DNA of 64,000 nucleotides from Eledone cirrhosa (taxonomy: Eukaryota): positions 72,044,001-72,108,000 of the forward strand of contig OZ024740.1 in the NCBI GenBank assembly GCA_964016885.1. The letters are read 5' to 3'. Within the stretch, counting starts at the first letter, position 1; each line of letters begins with the position of its first letter. The position numbers and the translations under genes were made by a program. Below, one piece after another: positions 13,401-27,176 of the stretch. The notes beneath the pieces were generated by a model, which had not been told where the DNA came from, ran no database searches, and was given only the letters and a program-made list of their open reading frames with translations.

Positions 13401-13637
13401 ATTTATATATATATATATTTATATTTATATATATTTATATTTATATATATTTATATTTATATATATTTATATTTATATATATATATTTATATATATATAT
13501 TTATATTTATATATATTTATATTTATATATATTTATATTTATATAAATATATTTATATTTATATAAATATATTTATATTTATATATATTTATATTTATAT
13601 ATATTTATATTTATATATATATATTTATATATATATA

Positions 13638-13915
13638 TAACAGCGTAAACCTCTTCAAAAGGAAGTTGGTGTTATAACGGTATGTCGAATCTATTTATCT
13701 ATAAAACTGTTTATATTGTATTTTGTCTGAGGAAGGCATAGCATATTGTTAATATGATATCCCCGAAATATATATAATGAAATAAGTGTGGTTTTATAAA
13801 TATAGTTTCCATTTATTTAATATTGTAAATAAACTCCAAATATTTGTCGAGTGCTTTTATATCAGTTATAAATATTTACTAGTTGTAACCCAACAATTTT
13901 AAATATAACTTTCCA
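13638..13915 (+). mobile_element. HHR-bearing retroelement 3' fragment
   Basis: Non-TA island containing an HHR; its 3' end is duplicated at 8869-8959. Confidence 0.65.
13719..13784 (+). ncRNA. Type I hammerhead ribozyme, minimal palindromic helix III
   Basis: tattttgt CTGAGGA aggcatagcatatt-gtt-aatatgatatcccc GAAA tatata TA atgaaata. Helix I is 8 bp with 2 G-U pairs; helix II pairs at 11 of 14 positions. Confidence 0.7.
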
Positions 13916-14019
13916 TATATTTATATATATATATTTATATATATATATTTATATATATATATTTATATATATATATTTATATATATATATTTATATATAT
14001 ATATTTATATATATATATT

Positions 14020-14080
<61 letters not shown>

Positions 14081-14524
14081 TTATATATTTATATTTATAT
14101 ATTTATATATATATTTATATATTTATATATATATATTTATATATTTATATTTATATATTTATATATATATTTATATATTTATATATATATATTTATATAT
14201 ATATATTTATATATATATAGTTATAGATATATAGTTATAGATATATAGTTATAGATATATAGTTATAGATATATAGTTATAGATATATAGTTATTATAGA
14301 TATATAGTTATAGATATATATTTATAGATATATATTTATAGATATATATTTATAGATATATATTTATAGATAAATATTTATAGATATATATTTATAGATA
14401 TATATTTATAGATATATATTTATAGATATATTTATAGATATATTTATATTTATATATATATTTATATATATATATTTATGTATATATATATTTATGTATA
14501 TATATATTTATATATATTTATATT

Positions 14525-14556
<32 letters not shown>

Positions 14557-14912
14557 TATATATATTTATATATATATATTTATATATATATATATTTATA
14601 TATATATTTATATATATATATATTTATATATATTTATATATATATATATTTATATATATTTATATATATATATATTTATATATATTTATATATATATATA
14701 TTTATATATATATATATTTATATATATTTATATATATATATATTTATATATATATATATTTATATATATTTATATATATATATATTTATATATATATATA
14801 TTTATATATATATATATTTATATATATTTATATATATATTTATATATATATATATTTATATATTTATATATATATATATTTATATATATATATATTTATA
14901 TATATATATATT

Positions 14913-14943
<31 letters not shown>

Positions 14944-15054
14944 TTATATATATATATATTTATATATATATATATTTATATATATATATTTATATATATA
15001 TATATTTATATATATATATATTTATATATATATATATTTATATATATATATATT

Positions 15055-15093
<39 letters not shown>

Positions 15094-15114
15094 ATATATT
15101 TATATATATATATT

Positions 15115-15172
<58 letters not shown>

Positions 15173-15324
15173 CTTATATATATATATTTATATATATATA
15201 TTTATATATATATACTTATATATATATATTTATATATATTTATATATATATATATTTATATATATATATATTTATATATATATATTTATATATATATATT
15301 TATATATTTATATATATATATATT

Positions 15325-15363
<39 letters not shown>

Positions 15364-15432
15364 ATTTATATATATATATATTTATATATATATATATTTA
15401 TATTTATATATATATATATTTATATTTATATA

Positions 15433-15490
<58 letters not shown>

Positions 15491-15872
15491 TATATATATA
15501 TACTTATATATATATATATTTATATATATATTTATTTATATATATATTTATATATATATATATTTATATATATATATATTTATATATATTTATATATATA
15601 TATATTTATATATATATATATTTATATATATATATATTTATATATATATATATTTATATATATATATATTTATATATATATATATTTATATATATATATA
15701 TTTATATATATATATATTTATATATATATATATTTATATATATATATATTTATATATATATATATTTATATATATATATATTTATATATATTTATATATA
15801 TATTTATATATATATATATATTTATATTTATATTTATATATATATACTTATATATATATATATATATTTATA

Positions 15873-17472
15873 TACTCTTTTACTCTTTTACCGTTTCAGC
15901 CATCCGGCTGAGGCCATGCTGGGGCACCGCCCTTGTTGCTACACATTTTATCTCCAGCCTGTATAGGTTGGCCACTGGTGTAGGAGGGAGTTTGTTGCTG
16001 CTGCCCTTAGGTTTCCCTCATGTCTTGCTGTGGGCTCATCCGGGATCCTGGATAACAAGGTGTCGAGATGTTTCTTAAAGACATCCACCTCCACGTCCTG
16101 CAAGTCTCTCAGATGCCTCGGCAGCCTGTTGAAGAGTTGAGGGCCCTTGAATCCCAGGCTATTGCAATACCTGCTCCTTATTCTAGATGTGGAAGACAGG
16201 ACCTTTGGCACCACACAGTGACGTCCTGTTCGACGGTTGGTCCAGCTCCCAATGCCAAAGTTTGGTGCTAGTCCCTCCAGGATTTTCCACATGTAGATCA
16301 CTGCGTATCTCTCCCGTCTTCCCTCCCGTCTTCCCTCCAAGGAGTAGAGGTTCAGTTCCTTCAGCCTCTCCCAGTAGCTTGTCTCCCTCATCTTGGCAAT
16401 CCTCTTGGTGTAGCTTCGCTGGATTGCCTCAAGCTCCGTGGTTAGTTTGACACTATGGGGTGACCACAGCTGGGAGCAGTAGTCCAGGCGGCTTAGGACA
16501 AAAGTCCTCCACATGGTGTCTCGATCTCTTGTAAGGAAAGTCCTCAAGATCCAGCCAGCGAATCGTCTACATGTTGTCGCCACCTTCATGATGTGTGAAG
16601 AAAAAGATGCATCATCGCTCATGTCTATGCCCAGGTCTCGTATCGATTTTGACACGGGGATATCGGTCCCTCCTGGTCCTGTGTAGCTGTGTTCCACTAT
16701 ATTTGTGTTTGCAGGTTTGTATTGTAGGGCTTGGAATTTGCCAGCATTAAATTGCATGTTGTTTTCTTCCGCCCATCTGTATATGGCATCCAGATCCTGC
16801 TGTAAAAGGGTAGCGTCAGCCGGGTTTTTGATTGCCTGTGCTACCTTAGTGTCATCAGCATAGCTAGTGAGGGATGTTGTTGCATGCACCACAGAGGGCA
16901 TGTCCGAGAGAGCCACCAAAAACAGTAGTGGTCCAGGACTGTCCCCTGGGGCACCCCACTTGTTATTGGTGTTTCCTTTGAGAGGGCACCATTTGCTGCG
17001 ACTGCCTGGCTTCTGTCCCTTAGGAAGCCATGCAGCCACTCACCTACTTTTCCAGTTATGCCGAGTCCGTGTAGTTTGTGACATATCATTCCGTGGTCGA
17101 CCTTGTCAAAAGCCTTCACAAAGTCAAGATATATCACGTCTACATGTGAGCTGTCTAGTAGCTGTCTCAGTACCCAGTCGGAGTGATGTAGCAGCTGTGT
17201 AAGGCAGCTTCTTCCTGGGCGGAAGCCATGTTGCGTGCTAGTCAGGCGGTCATTTTCTTCGAGGAAAGTGATTAGTTTCTTTCTGACGACTCGCTCCATG
17301 ACCTTACTGATATGCGACATCAGGGAGACTGGCCTATAGTTCTTGGCCTCCGCTCTACTACCTCCTTTATGGATAGGGCATATTGTGCCTTCTTTCAGCT
17401 CCCTGGGTAGTACACCGCTAGCCAAGGAGCTTCTGAAGAGCATCTTCAGTGGAGTTGGTAAGGCCCGCTTAC
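15873..17472 (-). mobile_element. CR1/L2-group LINE (family 1), 5'-truncated, frameshifted
   Basis: NYRPVSL, QHGFR, YLDFVKAFDKV, GVPQG, YADDTK, RRERYA motifs across two ORFs; (GTAAAAGA)n tail. Confidence 0.95.
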
Positions 17473-17772
17473 ATATATATATTTATATATATATATTTAT
17501 ATATATATATTTATATTATATATATTTATATATATTTATATATATATATTTATATTTATATATATTTATATATATATATTTATATTTATATATATATATT
17601 TATATATATATATTTATATATATATATTTATATATATATTTTTATATATATATTTATATATATTTATATATATATATATTTATATATATATATATTTATA
17701 TATATATATATTTATATATATTTATATATTTATATATATATATTTATATATATATATATATTTATATATATT

Positions 17773-17830
<58 letters not shown>

Positions 17831-18048
17831 TATATATATATATATTTATATATATATATATTTATATTTATATATATATATTTATATATATATATATTTA
17901 TATATATTTATATATATATATATTTATATATATATATATTTATATATATATATTTATATATATATATATTTATATATATATTTATATATATATTTATATA
18001 TATATATTTATATATATATATTTATATATATATATTATATATATATTA

Positions 18049-18099
<51 letters not shown>

Positions 18100-18197
18100 T
18101 ATATATATATATTTATATATATATATATATAATATATATATATAAATATATATATAAATATATATATATAAATATATATATATAAATATATATATAA

Positions 18198-18276
<79 letters not shown>

Positions 18277-18476
18277 NNNNNNNNNNNNNNNNNNNNNNNN
18301 NNNNNNNNNNNNNNNNNNNNNNNNNNNNNNNNNNNNNNNNNNNNNNNNNNNNNNNNNNNNNNNNNNNNNNNNNNNNNNNNNNNNNNNNNNNNNNNNNNNN
18401 NNNNNNNNNNNNNNNNNNNNNNNNNNNNNNNNNNNNNNNNNNNNNNNNNNNNNNNNNNNNNNNNNNNNNNNNNNNN
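18277..18476. other. 200-N assembly/scaffold gap
   Basis: Run of exactly 200 n. Confidence 0.99.
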
Positions 18477-18530
18477 ATATATATATATTATATATATATA
18501 TATTTATATATATATATATTTATATATATA

Positions 18531-18583
<53 letters not shown>

Positions 18584-18844
18584 TTATATATATTTATATA
18601 TTTATATATATATATATATTTATTTATATATTTATATATTTATATATATATATATTTATATATATTTATATATATATATATTTATATATATTTATATATA
18701 TATATTTATATATATATATATTTATATATATATATATTTATATATATATATATTTATATATTTATATATATATATATTTATATATATTTATATATATATA
18801 TATTTATATATATATATATTTATATATTTATATATATATATATT

Positions 18845-18883
<39 letters not shown>

Positions 18884-18916
18884 ATTTATATATATATATA
18901 TATTTATATATATATT

Positions 18917-18947
<31 letters not shown>

Positions 18948-18972
18948 ATATTTATTTATATATATATTTATT

Positions 18973-19021
<49 letters not shown>

Positions 19022-19038
19022 ATATTTATATATATATT

Positions 19039-19087
<49 letters not shown>

Positions 19088-19091
<4 letters not shown>

Positions 19092-19226
19092 ATTAGCCGT
19101 CGAAACGGCTTGAGCTCAGCTGTCGGGGTCTTACTGGTTCCTATTACCCACTCTACTACCTCAAGTATTGAGTACTTTGGTGCGTTATGGTCCACCTGGT
19201 TCCTTACCACATTTCCTTCGTTATTT
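19088..19226 (+). ncRNA. 5'-truncated island starting with the 3' half of a type I hammerhead
   Basis: c GAAA cggct-tgagctc-agctg TC ggggtc: full helix III and GUC triplet (19122-19124). The CUGANGA strand is absent. Confidence 0.55.
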
Positions 19227-19240
19227 ATATATATATATAT

Positions 19241-20314
19241 AGAACATAGATTTTACATGTGGCCGGTGCTCTGGTGCAATAAGTAGCAGCAAGTGCCCAC
19301 AAAATACTAGCTCTTTCAATTGCGCAGAGGGTTCCATAGAAATAGTGGACAGCTTCCGTTACCTGGGCGATAAAATCAGCAGTGGGGGAGGGTGCTCTGA
19401 AAGTACTGTAGCTAGAGTCAGAACTGGTTGGAAAAAGTTCAGAGAGCTTATACCACTATTAGCTGCTAAAGGGTTCTCACTAAAAATGAAAGGCAGGTTG
19501 TATGATGCCTGCATACGAACAGCAATGCTGCATGGCAGTGAGACCTGGGCATTGTGTGCAGAGGATATACGCAGACTAGAGAGGAACGAAGCTTGCATGC
19601 TCCGCTGGATGTGCAACAGTAATATACGTGAACGGCAAAGCATAAACGAACTAAGGAAAAAATTAGAGATAAGAGGGATCAGATGTTGTTTATTCGAGAG
19701 AAGGTTACGTTGGTATGGACACGTGATGCGCATGAAAGTCGATAGCTGTATAACAAAGTGCAGGGCAATAAAGATAGACGGTAGTCACGGAATAGGCAGA
19801 CCTAGAAAACCCTGGGACGAGCTGATAAACTCCGACATCACACACTTACACCTCTCCAAGACAATGTCACTGGACCGAGACCTTTGGCGGTACTCAGTAA
19901 CAGAGAAGACCCGCCTTACCTAAATATATAGTAAAACCTACTCCAGCCAGTAGGCATCTCTAACAAAATACACCCCGTCCCACCCCCACCCCATCCACAC
20001 CACCCCGTTCTATGTAAAGTTATGTTGGTGCTGCGCCATCGAGGCCGAAACAAATGAGATCGTGTAGGTGTCACGACAAAAAAACACAGTCCACGCTGTA
20101 ATGTGGCCGTGTAGGCAACACGGTAAAAACCTCCCAGACCCACATTGTAAATGTGGTTGGTGTTAGGAAGGGCATCCAACTGTAGAAAACCTGCCAGACA
20201 GTCCTATGCGAGCAAGACAATCACTCTTGCCTCAAGTGGGACTACCCCCGTCCAAACCCATGCAAGCGTGGAACACGGACGTTAAACGTTGATGATGATG
20301 ATAATGATGATGAT
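19241..20314 (+). mobile_element. RTE LINE family A, 5'-truncated
   Basis: ORF 19345-19923, 3' UTR, (GAT)n tail. Confidence 0.96.
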
Positions 20315-20321
20315 ATATATA

Positions 20322-20372
<51 letters not shown>

Positions 20373-20375
<3 letters not shown>

Positions 20376-20688
20376 CATATATATAAGCATATAAACAATA
20401 TGCCCCCCCCCCCCACCGCAAGGTGGTCGTGGAGGTGCCACGGCAAAAAAGCACCCAGCCCACACTGTAAAGTGGACGTGTAGGCGCCACGAAAAAGCAC
20501 CCAGCACTCACTGTAAATGAGGTTGGTGTTAGGAAGGGCATCCAGCTGTAGAAATCAAGCCAGATCAGTTCCTGTATGAGCAAGCCATGGTCAGCCGACC
20601 AGACACTGCCCACAACAGGACAACCCGTCTAACCCATGCTAGCGTGGAAGAACGGACGTAAAACGGTGATGATGATGATGATGATGAT
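20373..20688 (+). mobile_element. RTE family B, 3' UTR only
   Basis: Matches 10896-11185; (GAT)n tail. Confidence 0.93.
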
Positions 20689-20717
20689 ATATATATATAT
20701 TTATATATATATATATT

Positions 20718-20750
<33 letters not shown>

Positions 20751-20793
20751 ATGTATTTATATATATATATATATATTTACATATATATATATT

Positions 20794-20846
<53 letters not shown>

Positions 20847-20857
20847 ATATATTTATA

Positions 20858-20910
<53 letters not shown>

Positions 20911-20919
20911 TTATATATA

Positions 20920-20968
<49 letters not shown>

Positions 20969-20993
20969 TTATATATATATTTATATATATATT

Positions 20994-21046
<53 letters not shown>

Positions 21047-21151
21047 ATATATTTATATATATTTATATATATATATATATATTTATATATATTTATATAT
21101 ATATATTTATATATATTTATATATATTTATATATATATATTTATATATATA

Positions 21152-21194
<43 letters not shown>

Positions 21195-21195
21195 T

Positions 21196-21245
<50 letters not shown>

Positions 21246-21262
21246 GTTTTAATATAGATGAG

Positions 21263-21309
21263 ATTCTACAGGACGAGAACTGTTTCATTCATTAGAAATC
21301 ATCAGGAAT
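21263..21309 (-). ncRNA. Type I hammerhead ribozyme in island 21245-21360
   Basis: Reverse complement: attc CTGATGA t-ttc-taat-gaa-t GAAA cag-ttctcgtc-ctg TA gaat. All three helices form. Confidence 0.75.
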
Positions 21310-21365
21310 ATTGAGTACCTTACTTACTGTGGTTACCTCCGATTCAACCCGGAATAACGTATATT

Positions 21366-21496
<131 letters not shown>

Positions 21497-21503
21497 ATAT
21501 ATT

Positions 21504-21578
<75 letters not shown>

Positions 21579-21587
21579 TTATATATA

Positions 21588-21628
<41 letters not shown>

Positions 21629-21779
21629 TTATATATATATATTTATATATATATATTTATATATATTTATATTTATATTTATATATATTTATATTTATAT
21701 ATATTTATATTTATATATATATATATTTATATTTATATATATATATATTTATATATATATATATATTTATATATATATT

Positions 21780-21810
<31 letters not shown>

Positions 21811-22027
21811 ATATTTATATATATATTTATATATATAAATATATTTATATATATATATATATATATTTATATATTTATACATATATATATATATTTATAC
21901 ATATATATATATATTTATACATATATATATATTTATATATATATATATTTATATATATTTATATATATATATATATTTATATATATTTATATATATATAT
22001 ATATTTATATATATAAATTTATATATA

Positions 22028-22058
<31 letters not shown>

Positions 22059-22079
22059 TTATTTATATATATATATATA

Positions 22080-22112
<33 letters not shown>

Positions 22113-22118
22113 TTATAC

Positions 22119-22149
<31 letters not shown>

Positions 22150-22537
22150 TATACATATATATATATATATTTATATATATATATATTTATATATATATAT
22201 ATTTATATATATATATATTTATACATATATATATATATTTATATATATATATATATATTTATACATATATATATATATTTATACATATATATATATATTT
22301 ATATATATATATATATATTTATACATATATATATTTATATATATATTTATATATATATATATTTATATATATTTATACATATATATATATATTTATATAT
22401 ATATATATATATTTATATATATTTATACATATATATATATATTTATATATATATATATATATTTATACATATATATATTTATATATATATTTATACTTAT
22501 ATATATTTATTTATATATATTTATATATTTATATATA

Positions 22538-22574
<37 letters not shown>

Positions 22575-22577
<3 letters not shown>

Positions 22578-23238
22578 AGGGTGTTAAAGTTTGCTTGAAG
22601 CATTGTGAAATGTGTAAAATATGTAGTTAAGAAAGCCACAACAATGCAGAGGGAAATCTCGAGGTAGGAAGTGAAAGATAGATAGGAAAAACAGGTGAAA
22701 GTGAAAATTGAGAGAGACAAAGATGAAAACAAAACAAAGGTAGAAGGGTTACCGTAGTGGAGATTTAATCCCAATATTTCGGGCTCACGCCCATCAACGG
22801 GGTAAAGTTCCAAAAGGGGGGGAACAGGCCAAGCGGAGGAAGTTGTGATGTCGTTAAGACAGGAAAGCCGTTATAACGGATAAACAAACAAGGAAATAAA
22901 TAAATAAATATATAGACAGAGTGAACAAAAAAAAAAAAAAAAATGGCGTAGACATACAACACAACAGGAGGAACAATGAATATAACACCACTGACGATGT
23001 TGCAGATGTGCAACGAAAGATTTATGTAAATTATGTAAACTATATATATGTGTTTGTGTCTATATTGTATCTGTATTATCTTTGACCGCCGGTCAGTCAA
23101 TGGCAACATTGAGGACCGAATAAGTTAGATCGCAGATATAAAAGACAGCGAGAAGCGAAAACCAACCAAGCAGTGAGTGTGTTCTGTTATTAATTCTGGC
23201 AATATTACGCAAATATGACTCTCCCCAAATATAACAAT
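22575..23238. mobile_element. Non-coding TA-flanked island, probably PLE pLTR-derived
   Basis: Contains a plus-strand HHR at 22981-23035 and a degenerate minus-strand HHR-like motif at ~22770-22803. Confidence 0.55.
22981..23035 (+). ncRNA. Type I hammerhead motif with weak helix I
   Basis: acca CTGACGA t gttgca-gatg-tgcaac GAAA gatt TA tg. Perfect 6-bp helix II; near-palindromic helix III. Confidence 0.7.
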
Positions 23239-23265
23239 ATATATATTTATATTTATATATATATT

Positions 23266-23318
<53 letters not shown>

Positions 23319-23451
23319 ATATATTTATATATATTTATATATATTTATATATTTATATATATATATATTTATATATATATATATATTTATATATATATTT
23401 ATATATATATTTATATATATATTTATATATTTATATATATATTTATATATT

Positions 23452-23534
<83 letters not shown>

Positions 23535-23553
23535 ATTTATATATATATATATT

Positions 23554-23602
<49 letters not shown>

Positions 23603-23731
23603 ATTTATATATATTTATATATATATATATTTATATATATTTATATATATATATATATTTATATATATTTATATATATATATATTTATATATATATATAT
23701 TTATATATATATATTTATATATATATATATT

Positions 23732-23790
<59 letters not shown>

Positions 23791-24383
23791 TTATATATAT
23801 ATATTTATATATATATATATATTTATATATATATTTATATATATATATATTTATATATATATATATTTATATATATATTTATATATATATATATTTATAT
23901 ATATATTTATATATATATATATTTATATATATATATATTTATATATATATTTATATATATATATATTTATATATATATTTATATATATATATATTTATAT
24001 ATATATTTATATATATATATATTTATATATATTTATATATATATTTATTTATATATATATTTATATATATTTATATATATATTTATTTATATATATATTT
24101 ATATATATTTATATATATATTTATTTATATATATATTTATATATATTTATATATATATTTATTTATATATATTTATATATATATTTATATTTATATATAT
24201 ATTTATTTATATATATTTATTTATATATATTTATATATATATTTATATATATATATTTATTTATATATATTTATATATATATTTATATATATTTATATTT
24301 ATATATATATATATTTATATATATATTTATTTATATATATATATATTTATATATATTTATATATATTTATATATATATATATT

Positions 24384-24419
<36 letters not shown>

Positions 24420-24461
24420 TATATATATTTATATATATATATATATATTTATATATTTATA

Positions 24462-24504
<43 letters not shown>

Positions 24505-24541
24505 TTATATATTTATATATATATTTATATATATATATATT

Positions 24542-24576
<35 letters not shown>

Positions 24577-24579
24577 ATT

Positions 24580-24610
<31 letters not shown>

Positions 24611-24705
24611 ATTTATATATATATATATTTATATATATATATATATATTTATATATTTATATATATATATATTTATATATATATATATTTATATATATAT
24701 ATATT

Positions 24706-24740
<35 letters not shown>

Positions 24741-24917
24741 ATATATTTATATATTTATATATATATATATTTATATATATATATATATATTTATATATTT
24801 ATATATATATATATTTATATATATATATATTTATATATTTATATATATATATATTTATTTATATATATATATATTTATATATATATATATATATTTATAT
24901 ATTTATATATATATATT

Positions 24918-25044
<127 letters not shown>

Positions 25045-25051
25045 ATATATT

Positions 25052-25244
<193 letters not shown>

Positions 25245-25257
25245 ATTTATATATATT

Positions 25258-25290
<33 letters not shown>

Positions 25291-25305
25291 ATATTTATAT
25301 ATATT

Positions 25306-25338
<33 letters not shown>

Positions 25339-25341
25339 ATT

Positions 25342-25377
<36 letters not shown>

Positions 25378-25383
25378 TTTATG

Positions 25384-25441
<58 letters not shown>

Positions 25442-25461
25442 TATTTATATATATATATATT

Positions 25462-25494
<33 letters not shown>

Positions 25495-25515
25495 ATTTAT
25501 ATATATATATATTTA

Positions 25516-25548
<33 letters not shown>

Positions 25549-25575
25549 ATATATTTATTTATATATATATATATT

Positions 25576-25610
<35 letters not shown>

Positions 25611-25613
25611 ATT

Positions 25614-25648
<35 letters not shown>

Positions 25649-25651
25649 ATT

Positions 25652-25686
<35 letters not shown>

Positions 25687-25689
25687 ATT

Positions 25690-25724
<35 letters not shown>

Positions 25725-25791
25725 ATTTATATATATATATATTTATATATATATATATTTATATATATATATATTTATATATATATATATT

Positions 25792-25894
<103 letters not shown>

Positions 25895-25911
25895 ATATTT
25901 ATATATATATT

Positions 25912-25996
<85 letters not shown>

Positions 25997-26089
25997 ATAT
26001 TTATATATATATTTATATTTATATATATATATATATTTATATATATATTTATATATTTATATATTTATATTTATATATATATTTATATT

Positions 26090-26120
<31 letters not shown>

Positions 26121-26342
26121 ATAAACAATTAAGTTAAAAATGTACATCCATATATGTATACTGAAATACTAGTATGCATATGAATACATATACATATATA
26201 GATGTACCAAGTCTTTCACTGGTTACTTTACTGTGAGTATCCAGCTATTCTGTATGTAAACACACAGACAAACCGGTTTTTAGAGTCATACTGGTTTGTT
26301 GAGGAAACACCTTTCCTCTATTCTCCAGAAAGCCAGACAAGG

Positions 26343-26387
26343 AATATTGAACTAGTTTCGTTGTTGTTACAACTTATCAGCAATATT
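26343..26387 (-). ncRNA. Type I hammerhead, G8A mutant copy (core CUGAUAA)
   Basis: Reverse complement is identical to 26783-26827 except ctgatAa. Confidence 0.8.
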
Positions 26388-26782
26388 TACCTATCTACCG
26401 GCCTTTCTGGAGAATCGTAAAAGCACATATCGTTATATGCTTTTTCTATGAAAATTAGTAGTGGGCAGACTAATTTGCATAGTGTGAGTACGTACCGGTT
26501 CAACGGAGACGATAAAAACAAATAACGAAACGAAATTAAATTTCGTTTCGTTTGTAACTCACTTTTGTATGACTGACGCTTAAACAATTAAGTTAAAAAT
26601 GTACATCCATATATGTATACTGAAATACTAGTATGCATATGAATACACACACGTATACATATATAGATGTACCAAGTCTTTCACACTCTATGCAAATTAG
26701 TCTGCCCACTACTAATTTTCATAGAAAAAGCATATAACGATATGTGCTTTTACGATTCTCCAGAAAGGCCGGTAGATAGGTA

Positions 26783-26827
26783 AATATTGCTGATGAGTTG
26801 TAACAACAACGAAACTAGTTCAATATT
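26783..26827 (+). ncRNA. Canonical minimal type I hammerhead ribozyme
   Basis: aatattg CTGATGA gttg-taacaa-caac GAAA ctag TT caatatt. Perfect 7-bp helix I, 4-bp helix II, palindromic ACUAGU helix III; predicted cut after 26820. Confidence 0.92.
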
Positions 26828-27141
26828 CCTTGTCTGGCTTTCTGAAGAATAGAGGAAAGGTGTTTCCTCAAAAACCAGTATGACTCTAAAAACCGGTTTG
26901 TCTGTGTGTTTACATACAGAATAGCTGGATACTCACAGTAAAGTAACCAGTGAAAGACTTGGTACATCTATATATGTATACGTGTGTGTATTCATATGCA
27001 TACTAGTATTTCAGTATACATATATGGATGTACATTTTTAACTTACTTGTTTAAGCATCAGTCATACAAAAGTGAGTTACAAACGAAACAAAATTTAATT
27101 TCGTTTCGTTATTTGTTTTTATATATATATATATTTATATT

Positions 27142-27176
<35 letters not shown>

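Larger units (their letters stand above)
26123..27122. mobile_element. Non-autonomous HHR retroelement (retrozyme-like), ~460-bp monomer: ~1.2 copies on minus joined head-to-head to ~0.95 copy on plus
   Basis: 26123-26219 repeats at 26582-26684 (period ~459). 26685-27122 is the reverse complement of the same monomer. One HHR per unit; no meaningful ORF. Confidence 0.85.

Noticed and set aside
22765-22900. Minus-strand LFIRYNGFPVLTTSQLPPLGLF as a PLE endonuclease C-terminus
   Set aside because: Similarity too weak and short, and upstream sequence is low-complexity.
26842-26870. Second CTGAAGA...GAAA in the retrozyme-like monomer
   Set aside because: Helix II does not form, and the other copy reads CTGGAGA.
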